Assembly (NCBI GenBank): GCA_044222185.1
Contig: JBGANV010000002.1
Span: forward strand, 480,001-544,000
From: Planctomycetota bacterium
GTDB taxonomy: Bacteria > Planctomycetota > GCA-002687715 > CAIWVZ01
Length of the DNA: 64,000 nt
Direction: 5' to 3'
A program made the translations under genes and the position numbers. Position 1 is the first letter of the stretch; every line of letters starts with the position of its first letter. Positions 18,961 to 29,235 of this stretch are shown one piece after another. A model generated the notes under the pieces. It saw only the letters and a program-made list of their open reading frames with translations. It was not told where the DNA came from and searched no databases.

Positions 18961-19284
18961 ATGCCCAAACGAAAACAGTTCCCCACGAACCTGACCATCG
19001 CCGAAATCCGGGACCTTCTCGAGAACTTCGAGTCGGGCGGCCGCACCATCACGTACCTGGGCTACGAGAGCATCGGGTCGGGCGACGCGGTTGAGCACAT
19101 GAACGTCGTCGACGGTGTCGCACTGGAGGCGATGCCACGGGAGTTCGATCTGGTGGCGACGTCCGAGAAAGGCGTGGGCGACCTCATCAGCGAGCGAACC
19201 ACGGCCGGGGATCGTCTCGACCTCGTCACGTGGATCTACATCAAGGACGCCGAGAAGATGGTGGCGTTGTTTCGCAAGCCGTAA
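18961..19284 (+). CDS. Small hypothetical protein (107 aa)
   Basis: AAGGA RBS, 16 bp after the lipoprotein gene; protein-like composition. Confidence 0.65.
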   Translation: MPKRKQFPTNLTIAEIRDLLENFESGGRTITYLGYESIGSGDAVEHMNVVDGVALEAMPREFDLVATSEKGVGDLISERTTAGDRLDLVTWIYIKDAEKMVALFRKP

Positions 19285-19296
19285 TCCCAGCCAACC

Positions 19297-20286
19297 CTAC
19301 GGCCCCCGCTCTCCGAGCGGATCTTCGCCGTCATCTGGCGGGGCGACTTCGCCGCGACTCGCGCGAGCCGCGGCGGCGGCGGCCTGCTCGAGCGTCCACT
19401 TGTCTTCGATCACACGTCGTCGGCTCAGGCGACGGCGCGTGGCGAGGACGACGACGCACAGCAGTGCGAGTGCGACGGCGCCCTGAACGGCCACGTCGAA
19501 CATCCAGGCGCGGTCGGCGCGGAGTTCGGCGCGCCACAGATTCCCTTGCGCGGCGAGCGAGCGGGACGTCACGGCGGTCATCGCCGAGTCGAGGCTCATC
19601 CCCGCGAGGAGCGCGTTCGTGATCTTCCGCACGTCGGCACCGCCGTAGGTTCGGGCGATGAACCTCACGAACGAATCGGCTTGGGCGTAGGCCTTGCTTG
19701 CGGCGCCTTCGCCCTCGGGGAATGCCGTGGTGAGTTCGTCGAAATCCAAGAGCCACCCGAACGTGGCGGCGGGTCGAAGGTCGGGCGTGTCGAGAGGGCG
19801 TGCGCGACCGGCGATCCATTGCGCGAGCCCCTCCTCCCACCACCGCGGGATGGCTGCCGCGCCGGCACCGTGAGCGTCCGCGAGCGCGATGTGCACCAAC
19901 TCGTGTGCGAGGAGGCCGTCGACGCGGTCGTACTCCTCTCCTGACAGATCCCGACGGATGAAGATGAGGCGTCGCGAAGGGACGGCGAGCCCACCCGCCC
20001 AGTCGGGTGGCTCCGTCTGCGCTCGGCGTCGCACTTCGTCGCGCATCTCGCTCCGGCTTGCGACGATCACGACCGTCACCGGCGACGTCACCGACGTCCC
20101 GAGCATGAGCGTGACCCGGTCGCGTGCCGCGTCCGCGCCGCTGAGGAGTTTCACGGCCAGTGGCCGTGCGGCCGGGGCGAACACGACCCGACACCAGGGC
20201 TTGGCGAGCTCCTGCCAATCCTGCGCGGGCGTCGCCACGGCCGAGGCGACGATGAGGAGGACCGAACGCAGCAGGCGCAAAGCCAT
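19297..20286 (-). CDS. Peptidase MA-like zinc metallopeptidase, secreted, with C-terminal TM anchor
   Basis: LAHELVH...PRWWEEGLAQW...AYAQA; signal peptide TPA|Q; C-terminal TM followed by a basic stretch. Confidence 0.85.
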   Translation of the reverse strand: MALRLLRSVLLIVASAVATPAQDWQELAKPWCRVVFAPAARPLAVKLLSGADAARDRVTLMLGTSVTSPVTVVIVASRSEMRDEVRRRAQTEPPDWAGGLAVPSRRLIFIRRDLSGEEYDRVDGLLAHELVHIALADAHGAGAAAIPRWWEEGLAQWIAGRARPLDTPDLRPAATFGWLLDFDELTTAFPEGEGAASKAYAQADSFVRFIARTYGGADVRKITNALLAGMSLDSAMTAVTSRSLAAQGNLWRAELRADRAWMFDVAVQGAVALALLCVVVLATRRRLSRRRVIEDKWTLEQAAAAAARASRGEVAPPDDGEDPLGERGP

Positions 20287-20341
20287 CGTCCGGCATGATA
20301 GGTCGCGCCGCGTCATCGCCAGCGCCAGTCGGATTGCCTGG

Positions 20342-23300
20342 TCACGGCGCCTCGAAGAGCCGGGCGAATCCCGGGCGAGCACGGAGCGGAGCCAGCTGCG
20401 GATCGAACGTCCGGATCGACTCCACGGCGCATCGCAGATCTCGCAGCTTCTCCCTGACGACGTCGGTATCCGAGCCCGCGGCCCTCCGATCGACGAGAGT
20501 CTTCTCCATGTCGCGGATCGCGGCGCGCAGGATGCTCACCTCCATCGCGACGCAGCGTTCGCCGACCAGAGCGGCATCCTGATCCGGTTTCGAGCCCGCG
20601 GCGAGGACTCGTGAGGCCGCGATGCTTCCCGCGTGGAAGAACGCGCGGAGGGTGACGGGAAGTCGTGGCTCCTCCGCCCCGTCGCGGTCGAGCACCACCT
20701 TGAAGTGGGGGAGCGACTCGGCCGGCCGCTCGCCGACCGCGGCGCGCATGGCGACGATCGCGTGATCGGTCGCGGAGGCGGGCGACTCCTTCGCGAGGGC
20801 CCGGGTTCGAGCCAGGACCTCGACGAGGGCGTCGATGCGCCCATCGCTCGTGAATTTCTTGATCGCGGCATCCGAGGCATTTCGATCGGCGGCCGCGTCC
20901 GCTGCGAGGGGCGTTGCCTCGTCCAGCCGATCGGCGCGCCACAGGCAATGCGCGAGCTGGATCCGGGCACGCAGGCACTCGGCGTGAATCTCCTGGATCG
21001 CGTCCTTGGGCGTCGACGGCGCCTCCTCGAGTCCCGTGAGCTCCTGAACCGCGGCGCGCAGCGCGATCTCGGCAGCGGCGAGGTGCCCCATCTCCATCTC
21101 CTCACTTCCTTGCAGGGAGAGGGCGAACCCCACACGCGCGATCGCGCCAAGTCGCCGCGCCTCTGGTTCGATCGAGGCGGCGCGACGTCGCTCCTCGACT
21201 GCCCGTGCCAGCAGCGCGGACGCCTGGTCGAAGTGCCCCGCCTCATGCGCCGCGCGCGCGAGGTCGCGCGTCGCCGTCGCCGCGTCGGCCGCGGCGTTCG
21301 CGTCGGCCGGCGCCAGTTGCGCCGCCGCGCCGTGTGCGGCCAGCGCGCCCTCGGCATGACGCTCGGCCTCATCGACTCGGCCGAGTTCGCGTGCGCATTC
21401 CGCGGCGTCGGCCAACACCCAGCCAAGCCGCGTGGCGAACGCAGCGGACTTGGGGACTTCCGCGCAAAGACGGCGAAGAGCCTCGATGGGTGCTGCGAGC
21501 GTCTCGAGCGCGGCGGCAACGTCGCCCCGCTCACCCTGGACCCGCGCGACGGTTCGCTGCGAGAGCGCACGATCGAGGCGCCACGCCGTGTTGCGAGGGT
21601 CGAGGCGTCCCAGCCGCTCGCGGAATTCGCAGACCTCCTGGAACGAGCGGAAGGCTTCGTCTCGCTTTCCCGACTGCTCCTGGAGAACGCCGAGCACGTT
21701 CAGCGCGTGCCCCATCTGATAGAGGCGGCGTGAGTTCACCGGATCTTCGAAGAGAAGCCTCCGCAGCACGGCGACCGCCTGCTCCGACGACTTCAACGCC
21801 TCGGCCGGCTGGTCGCTTTCACGAAGGGCAAGCGCCAGCCCGTGGCTGCCCGTGGCCAGGAGCTCGGCCCACTCGCGATTCTCCGGCTCCGCTTCCGTCA
21901 ACGCCTGGAAGATCGATAGCCCTTCGCGTCGCGCGCGGATGGCGGCCGGTGGGTCACCGTTGACGCGGAGGGATTCCCCCAGGTTTTGAAGCGTGATGCC
22001 GAGCTCACGTCGCCACTGCGGTCGCGAGTCCGTGGCCGACAAGGTCCGCCATCTCTCCGCAGCCTCGCGGTATTGGACGAGTGCTTCCTCGTTCCGGCGC
22101 GCTGCCTTGAGGGTGTTGCCGTACATCGTGAGGCCGGCGGCGAGGAGGCGCGCGTGTTCAGGTTCCCGAGGGTCGATCTCCAGGAGCCGGCGTCGGATCG
22201 TGAGCGACTTTTCGGTCGTCGCCACGGCCGCGGCGTTCTCGCCGCGGATCATCTGCGCTCCAGCGATTGCATTCAGGGTCGACGCCAACTCGCGCATCGC
22301 GGCGACGTCGTCCGGACGGCGCTCGACGAGAGTCTGCAGGATCGACGCGGACTCATCGAACTTGCGCGTGGCTTCGGCGCTGTCACCCTCCGCGGCGACG
22401 ACCTCGCCGAGGTTCCGCAGGAGAAGCGAACGACGCAGCGCGTCCGGCACGTCATCCAGGTCGAGCGGGCGATCGGCGTAGTAATCGCCGGCCTTGCGCG
22501 CGACCTTCGCGAGCAGTTCGAGCTTGCCAACTTCCGTGAGGCGGCTCTTCAGGTCGACGAGCATGAACGAAATGAGGTCTTCGGCGTTGCCTCGGATTCG
22601 TCTCGCTTCGCCCAGTGCGGCGGTCTCGCCAGCGAGGGCTTCCTGCGTGCGGCTCAACGAATGGAGGCTGACGATGAGTCCCGCGGCGAGCGCCAGGAAT
22701 GCCACGCACAAGCTGGCGGCGATGGCGGGGTTGCGCTGCGTCCAGCGCTGCAGACGTACGGCGACCGTGGCGGGCCTCGCGCGAACCGGTTCGAACGAGC
22801 GCGCGCGGCGCAGATCCTCGGCGAACGCCGCCGCGTCCTGATATCGGCGCGCCGGGTTCTTGTCGAGCGCCGTGAGGATGACCGCAGAGAGCTCGGGAGT
22901 GATCGCCGGGTTCAGGCGCCGCGGATCTTCGGGTTCCGTCGTGCGAATGGCGCGGAGGAGCGCTTCGAGCGTCGCACCCTCGAAGGGACGACGGAGCGAT
23001 GTCATCTCGTAGAGCGTGACGCCCATCGACCAGACGTCGGTGCGCCGATCGATCTCGGTCGCACCAGCGGCCTGCTCGGGCGACATGTATGCCGGCGTGC
23101 CGACGAACGTCCCCGTGCCGGTGAGCGACGCATCGGTGCTCTGGGCGTCGCGAGCGAGGCCGAAGTCGAGGATCACCGGCTGACCCGACTTCTCGAGCAT
23201 GAGGTTGCCCGGCTTGATGTCGCGATGGACGAGCCCGGCCTCATGCGCGACGTGGAGCGCGCGGGCGGCGTTCTCGACGATCTCGACTTCGGCGAAGACG

Positions 23301-23830
23301 CTCTGTCGTCGCTGGCTCGTCCCCGTGGACGTCGTGCCGGCGGTGGCCGTCGTCTCGCGGGCCTCGCGGATGCGATCGGCGACCGTTCGGCCTGCCACGA
23401 GGCGCATGGCGATGAACGGCACTCCGTCGACGGCACCGGCTTCGTACACCGTGCAGATCCCAGGGTGATCCAGTCGCGCGGCGGCCGCAGCCTCACGCTC
23501 GAAACGAAGACGCGTCCACGCATCGGCGGCGTAGGCCCCGGTCAGGAGCTTCAACGCGACACGCCGGCCGAGGCGCAAGTCGTTCGCCTCATACACGACA
23601 CCTTGTCCACCGCGACCGAGTTCGCGAAGCAGTGCGTAGGAGCCGAAGCGGGCGGATGGGGATGCCTGCGCCGAGACGGGATGCGGTGAGTGCGTGCCGT
23701 CGACCTCTGCGTGCCCGACGACGAACGTGACGTCCGGCGAGGTCGGCGGAGTCGGGTCGGGCAGCCGCGGCGCTCCGTCGCCGGGGCGTCCGGGGACGGT
23801 GCCGTCCTCATCCGGCGTCGCAGTGCACAT
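20342..23830 (-). CDS. Hanks-type Ser/Thr protein kinase with TM helix and TPR array
   Basis: LGRGGQGVVY, VALK, HRDIKPGN, DFGLA, GTPAYMSPEQ, DVWSMG; TM helix; TPR repeats. Confidence 0.95.
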   Translation of the reverse strand: MCTATPDEDGTVPGRPGDGAPRLPDPTPPTSPDVTFVVGHAEVDGTHSPHPVSAQASPSARFGSYALLRELGRGGQGVVYEANDLRLGRRVALKLLTGAYAADAWTRLRFEREAAAAARLDHPGICTVYEAGAVDGVPFIAMRLVAGRTVADRIREARETTATAGTTSTGTSQRRQSVFAEVEIVENAARALHVAHEAGLVHRDIKPGNLMLEKSGQPVILDFGLARDAQSTDASLTGTGTFVGTPAYMSPEQAAGATEIDRRTDVWSMGVTLYEMTSLRRPFEGATLEALLRAIRTTEPEDPRRLNPAITPELSAVILTALDKNPARRYQDAAAFAEDLRRARSFEPVRARPATVAVRLQRWTQRNPAIAASLCVAFLALAAGLIVSLHSLSRTQEALAGETAALGEARRIRGNAEDLISFMLVDLKSRLTEVGKLELLAKVARKAGDYYADRPLDLDDVPDALRRSLLLRNLGEVVAAEGDSAEATRKFDESASILQTLVERRPDDVAAMRELASTLNAIAGAQMIRGENAAAVATTEKSLTIRRRLLEIDPREPEHARLLAAGLTMYGNTLKAARRNEEALVQYREAAERWRTLSATDSRPQWRRELGITLQNLGESLRVNGDPPAAIRARREGLSIFQALTEAEPENREWAELLATGSHGLALALRESDQPAEALKSSEQAVAVLRRLLFEDPVNSRRLYQMGHALNVLGVLQEQSGKRDEAFRSFQEVCEFRERLGRLDPRNTAWRLDRALSQRTVARVQGERGDVAAALETLAAPIEALRRLCAEVPKSAAFATRLGWVLADAAECARELGRVDEAERHAEGALAAHGAAAQLAPADANAAADAATATRDLARAAHEAGHFDQASALLARAVEERRRAASIEPEARRLGAIARVGFALSLQGSEEMEMGHLAAAEIALRAAVQELTGLEEAPSTPKDAIQEIHAECLRARIQLAHCLWRADRLDEATPLAADAAADRNASDAAIKKFTSDGRIDALVEVLARTRALAKESPASATDHAIVAMRAAVGERPAESLPHFKVVLDRDGAEEPRLPVTLRAFFHAGSIAASRVLAAGSKPDQDAALVGERCVAMEVSILRAAIRDMEKTLVDRRAAGSDTDVVREKLRDLRCAVESIRTFDPQLAPLRARPGFARLFEAP

Positions 23831-23906
23831 GGATGCAGGATACCCCGACGAGCGGGTTCGCCGAAACCCGCGGCACGGCGCGGCTCATGGCGCACTCACA
23901 CGCGTC

Positions 23907-25265
23907 CTACAGGTCGATGCGTCGATCGAACACCATGGACGTGTCGAGTTTCGCATCGAGCGTCTCGACGACGGTCCAGAGGTCGGGGACGGTCATCCCC
24001 CGGTAGATCTCCTTGCCCCCGCTGCGGACGACCACGTCCTTCGTCGGGTCGAACATCCGGGGATTCAGGAGGACGGTGATGCCTTTGGTGCCTTCGGCGG
24101 TTCCTTCGACCTCGAGCGTCACGGTGTTGTCCGCGATCGTCGCCCGGATCGTCTGGCGATCGGCGGGCTGGTCGCAGCGCAGCCAATAGAAGAAACGCTT
24201 CTGGAGGCGCGACGATGGGTCCGCGGCCGTGGGCCTCGGGAACGGTGACGTGGCGTACTCCCACACGAGCGTCGGTGGGAACGTCTTGCGCTTCTGCTTC
24301 TGGATGAACTTCAACGCCGCCGCCGGCTCGCCCGGGGGAAACGCGTGCGGCAGCTTGGGGTAGGTGGTGAAGTGGATCTCGCCGTAGCCCGTCGGGTCGC
24401 GCTGCTTGAGGTCGGTGAGCATGTCCTGCACGTAGAGGTACGTCCCCGGCATGCAGTTCCGATCGGCCAGCCCGATGAAGTACCACATGGCCAGGTTGCG
24501 TGCGTTGGGGATGAGCCCGTGCTGGAGCTCCGTCACGTCCTCCTTGCGCGGGAGCTGCGCCTTGGGCGATGCCATCACGACTCCTGCGCAGGGGCACGAT
24601 CCCGCCAGAAGGTCCGGATGGCGGCCGGCCATGAACCACGACCCCGTCCCGCCCATGCTGAAGCCCATGCAGTAGACCCGATCCGGGTCCACGTCGAACT
24701 GTGCCTTCGCGATCTCGATGAGTGTGAGAATGAACCGCTCACCGTGCACCGTGTTCCACGTGTCGTCGACGAGTCGGATGCCCTGCGGATACATGCCGAT
24801 GGAATCCGGCAGCACCCACGTCCCCGCGGGCTCGTCGGCGGACCCGGCGCCTTCGCCGCCACCGTGAAGTCCGATGACGAGCGGCTTCTTCTTGCCCGAT
24901 CCCTTGAGGATGAATTTCGCCTCGCCGTACGGCGTCGTGATCGTCTTCTTCGCAGTCCCGTCGAACTTGGGGCCGAGCCTCGCTGCCTGCGACCACAGGA
25001 TCTGGACGACATCGCCCAGCGATCCTTCGGGCAGGGGCCCGAACTCCTTGCACTTCGCCATCAGCTGCGCGCGCTCGGCAGCGGGCCATTCCTCGAACGC
25101 CGTCTTCGGGCGCGCCTTCCAGAATGCCTGGGCGATCTGGTGGATCTGATCGCGCTGCGTCTGGGTGAGAGGCAACGTCGCCTTCGGCCGTGACGTCTGG
25201 CCGGCGGCCAGTTGCAGAGCCATGAACATCCCGAGCCCGATGGCGATCGCAGAGCGTCGTTTCAC
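23907..25265 (-). CDS. Secreted alpha/beta-hydrolase (esterase/peptidase S9-like)
   Basis: LHGGG oxyanion motif, DPDRVYCMGFSMGG nucleophile elbow, D and H (LPH) catalytic candidates; GTG start with TAGACT-N7. Confidence 0.85.
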   Translation of the reverse strand: MKRRSAIAIGLGMFMALQLAAGQTSRPKATLPLTQTQRDQIHQIAQAFWKARPKTAFEEWPAAERAQLMAKCKEFGPLPEGSLGDVVQILWSQAARLGPKFDGTAKKTITTPYGEAKFILKGSGKKKPLVIGLHGGGEGAGSADEPAGTWVLPDSIGMYPQGIRLVDDTWNTVHGERFILTLIEIAKAQFDVDPDRVYCMGFSMGGTGSWFMAGRHPDLLAGSCPCAGVVMASPKAQLPRKEDVTELQHGLIPNARNLAMWYFIGLADRNCMPGTYLYVQDMLTDLKQRDPTGYGEIHFTTYPKLPHAFPPGEPAAALKFIQKQKRKTFPPTLVWEYATSPFPRPTAADPSSRLQKRFFYWLRCDQPADRQTIRATIADNTVTLEVEGTAEGTKGITVLLNPRMFDPTKDVVVRSGGKEIYRGMTVPDLWTVVETLDAKLDTSMVFDRRIDL

Positions 25266-25396
25266 GGCGGAGAGTCTACGCGGCGAGGTGCCGTCACGGC
25301 GGCATTCCGCGAGGTCAGTTTGCTTCCGGTGCCGCCCGAGCTCCGCTCCGATCTCGGCGGTGGCGCGACCGTCGAGGCGACTGCGGTCGATCCATC

Positions 25397-28338
25397 TCAG
25401 AACACCAGCTTGAACGGAGTGTTGGAATGCCCCGTGACCTGCAGGGTCTGCGGGTCGTAGGTCACCGTCACGGCGCGGAGCGGAAGACGCAGGAACTGCG
25501 GCGGCACGCCCCCTGAGCCGAGCACGAACTGCGACGCCCCGCCCCCGTCGAACGTGCCGACGAACGGGGGCGCCTGGAAGAGGAACTCGGTCAGGAGTTC
25601 GTTGGGACCGACCTCGAGCCCATTCCATGCGATCGTCGGGTACTCGGCTCCGAACGACATCGCCGTGAAGTACGCCGCGCCGGGTACGCCGAGCGAGTTC
25701 GCGATGCGAATCGACCCCGAACCCGACGGCTGCGTGAGCGCCACCGAGCAGGCGAGCACGTCGATCGAGACGGGTTGAGTCGTCGTCGATCCGCACGGGT
25801 TCGTGACGACGACGTCATAGGAGCCGGCGTCACCCTGGACGACCGACGCGATGGTCAACGTGGCCGAGGTTGCGCCCGCGATGGGCACCTGATTCTTGCG
25901 CCACTGATACGTGAGCACTGGCGCTCCGGCTGCGTCGACCGATCGGCTCGCCGGATGGTTGAGGTTGAACGGCGCCGCCGACGGGATCTTGAGGATCGCG
26001 GGCGTGCCCGGTGCGGTCCAGCGCGCGATGGCATTGGCGGGCGCGCCGGAGACTTCGGTGAAGCCGCCGGCGACGAAGAGTGACGGCCCGGTGCCATCGT
26101 CGAACGGTGCGAGGGCGCGGACGCGTTGCCCGACGGACGCGACGACCCCGGCCGCGAGCGGCTCCCACGCCGAGCCGGTCAGCCGGGCCACGTGGTTGAG
26201 TCCGCGGTTGTTGCTCGACGTTGCGCTGCCTCCGGCATGAAGCGCGGGCCCGCGGCCGTCGTCGTAGACCGCCAGGGCGTCGATCGTGCTCTCGGCCGAT
26301 GGAGGCCCGGGGGAGTACCAGCCGTCACCCACGCTCTGCCACGCTCCGTTGCGCACCGGGCGATCCGCGCAGCGGGCGTCCCGCCGGCGGTCTGGAATCC
26401 GCCCGCCACGTGGAGCCCCGGGCCGCTCCCGTCATCGAAGACCCTCATCGCGCGCACCGCCGGGATCGAGCTGGTGCTGAAGATGCCGCTGCCGACCGCG
26501 CTCATCGACGAACCGTTCCAGCGCGCGATGTTCAACGCGGGGACGCCGCCCGCGACACCGAACGAACCGCCCACGTAGAGCTCCGGCCCGGATCCGTCGT
26601 CGAACACGGCCATCGTCGACACCGTCGTCCAGAGGCTCGCGCCGGAGAAGCCGGAACCGACCGGCTGCCACGCATCGCCCGTCCAAACCGCCATGCGCTC
26701 GGCCGGGACTCCACCGGCGATCGAGAACTGACCGCCAGCGTACAGCTTCGGTCCGGACCCGGAGTCGTAGACCGCGAGCGACATCACCGGGCCGTTGAAT
26801 CCGCCGCCGACGCTCGACCAGGACGCTCCGTTCCATCGCGCGATCCCGGCCGCGGGCACGCCCCCCATCGTCGAAAACGAACCGCCCGCATAGAGCTTCA
26901 GACCCGAGCCGTCATCGAACGCCACGAGACAGTTCACGCCCGCTTGATTGGACTGCGTGTACGGGCCGACTCCACTCCCGAGCGGTCGCCAATTTCTGCC
27001 GTCCCAGCTCGCCACTCCGAAAGCGGGCGAGTCACCAGCGTTGTCGAAGCGCCCGCCCGCGTACAGAAGCGGACCCGCTCCGAAGTCGGCGACCGCCAAC
27101 GCGTCGATCGTGCCGATGACTCCCCCCGTCACGCGCGTGACCACGCCGGCCGAGACCCGGGACAACTCGCACGGGGCGTGGAACGGAGTGAGGCTCGGTT
27201 GCCAGCCGACCGTGTAGAACGCGGGGCCGCGCCCGTCGTCGAAGGCCGCCATCGCAAATGGAAAATGCGCGAGGGTCAGGGCACCAGGCGGAGTCAGCCA
27301 TGAGGTCCCGTTCCAGCTCAGCAGATGTGCGCCGTCGAGCGCTGCGACATCCCCGCCGGCGTAGAGGCGTGTGGACGTTCCGTCATTGAACGACAGCGGA
27401 GTTCGGACGACCGGGGACCCGGAGGCGACGGGCGTGCCCATGGCGCTCCATCCCGTCGCGTTCCAACGTGCGACACTTCGGGCCTGGATTCCGCCGGCGC
27501 TGGTGAACGATCCGCCTGCCGAGAGCGCAGGTCCCGTGCCGTCGTCGTGAGTTGCCAGTGCATTCACGGCAACGTTCGTGCCCACGCCCAGGCTGCTCCA
27601 CGCAGACCCGTTCCATCGCGCGAGGTTCGAGGTGTTCACCGCTCCGGCGCTGTCGAAGAGGCCACCAGCAAAGAGGGCCGGCCCGGAGCCATCGTCGAAC
27701 ACCGCGAGGGCCCTGACGTCGCCATGCGAAGCGTTGGAGGTCAATCCGCCACCGACTGCGGACCAACTGGTCCCGTTCCACTTCGCGATGGAGTTGCAGG
27801 TCACGCCTCCGGCCGTGGTGAACGAGCCCCCGGCGTAGAGGGCCGCGCCGGTGCCGTCGTCGAACACGGCGAGGGTGCGCACCCAGCCGCCCGAGATGCC
27901 GGAGCCCAGGGGCGCGAAGGTCGTGCCGTTCCACCGAGCGACGTTCGCCGCCGCCACGCCACCCGCCGACCCGAAGCTCCCGCCGACGAACAGCGAAGAC
28001 CCTGACCCGTCATCGTGACTTGCGAGCGCCAGCACTGGGCCGCCGACACCCGCTGTCGTGCTGCCTGTGGGAACCACGGGGGAGAATGCTCCACCGTCGA
28101 ACCTCACGAGACACGGCGACGCGACGGGGCCGGCGCCCGTGAAATCGCCACCGATGTAGAGATTCGTGCTCGCTCCATCGGACCACGTCGCCATGGCGAG
28201 GCCCTGCCACTCGAGCGCGCCGACGGACCCCACGGCCGTCGACCAGTTCTGACCGCACTGGGCCCAGGCCCTGCAGGTCGCGAGCGCCGTGACGACGGCA
28301 AGACGAAACATGTGGGTGAAGTCACGGGGCTCGCCCAT
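25397..28338 (-). pseudogene. Secreted beta-propeller repeat + Ig-like + shared C-terminal module protein, interrupted by a 1-bp frameshift near 26354 (true pseudogene or sequencing error)
   Basis: About 12 FDDGxGPxLYAGGxF...IARWNG repeats continue across two ORFs; adding one G (CGG TG[G] CGC AAC GGA GCG TGG) restores ARWRNGAW; AGGAG RBS at the start. Confidence 0.8.
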
Positions 28339-28396
28339 GGTGTCGCTCCTGGTCCTCGGGCCGGTGTGATGGCGGCGTCCGAGCGGTCGACCGGTT

Positions 28397-28412
28397 TGCA
28401 AACACGATGCCA
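28397..28412 (-). promoter_or_regulatory. Putative sigma-54 (-24/-12) promoter
   Basis: Minus strand TGGCATCGTGTTTGCA fits TGGCAC-N5-TTGCA with GG-N10-GC spacing, ~58 bp upstream of ATG 28338. Confidence 0.6.
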
Positions 28413-28562
28413 TCCGCCGGCGGAGCTCCGTGGCAGTCGAATCCAGCTGCATGGCGCACGGAAGCGGTTCCTGAGCCCGCCCCCAGCGTTACCGAGACGT
28501 AGCCGGCACGCGTGGGCGTCACCGCCCGCGCAACATGCCAGTACAGATGCCAGCGGATCTCC

Positions 28563-28593
28563 AGTGGGGCGCGAGGCTCCGCGTCGCCCCACT
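28563..28593. repeat. Inverted repeat/hairpin in a ~900-bp divergent intergenic region
   Basis: AGTGGGGCG...CGCCCCACT 9-bp perfect stem. Confidence 0.5.
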
Positions 28594-29235
28594 CACGAGG
28601 TTGCGGCGCGGCGCCGGAACCGCGGAGCGGCGGCGGATGCACCACCTCCCGATCGACCGCCACCGGCGCGGCGGCCACATCGAGCCACGACCTCGCCAGT
28701 TCCCTCTGCCGTCCTTGCGTGCTCGTCCGCGAGAACGCTGGACCGGCAATGCGCGCGTGTCCTCGCACGGACCAGCGTCTCGTCATCATCGCTCCATGTC
28801 GCTGCGCCGATCGCTGCGCAGCCGGATGCCTGCGTCGTGAGCACCGATTCCCCGCGCCACCTGAGCCCGGGCGGAGGCGGGGCGCGCAATCGCCGCAGAC
28901 GGGGCGCCATGACGAAGCCGAGCCCCGCCCCCCGGCGTCGTCTCGCACGTGATGGCGCGCGTGCGGGCGATGTCCGCGCCGACCTGGGCGGCAGGGTTCC
29001 ACCTGTCGCCGCCGACTGTGCAGGGCGACCGACGCCGATATGCTCTGGCGATGTCGGGCGGCGCGGCAGAGCCCGTGGGCGATCGTTGCGCCGCACGGCG
29101 ATTCGCTCGAGGCGTGCGCGACGACGCATCGGCCGTGTCCTCGAGCAAGTGCCCAGGCGTGCGAAGCGGCACCGTGTTGCATACGTGGGCGTGTCGCGTG
29201 TGCGGCCGTCGAATCGGAATGTCGGGAGATCAGAC

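Noticed and set aside
29167-29181. Second sigma-54 promoter
   Set aside because: GG-to-GC spacing is 9 rather than the required 10, so it is not called as a feature.
28015-29235. 407-codon N-terminal extension of the 1522-aa ORF
   Set aside because: Arg/Pro/Ala-rich shadow sequence overlapping the opposite-strand gene; the RBS and signal peptide begin at GTG 29236.
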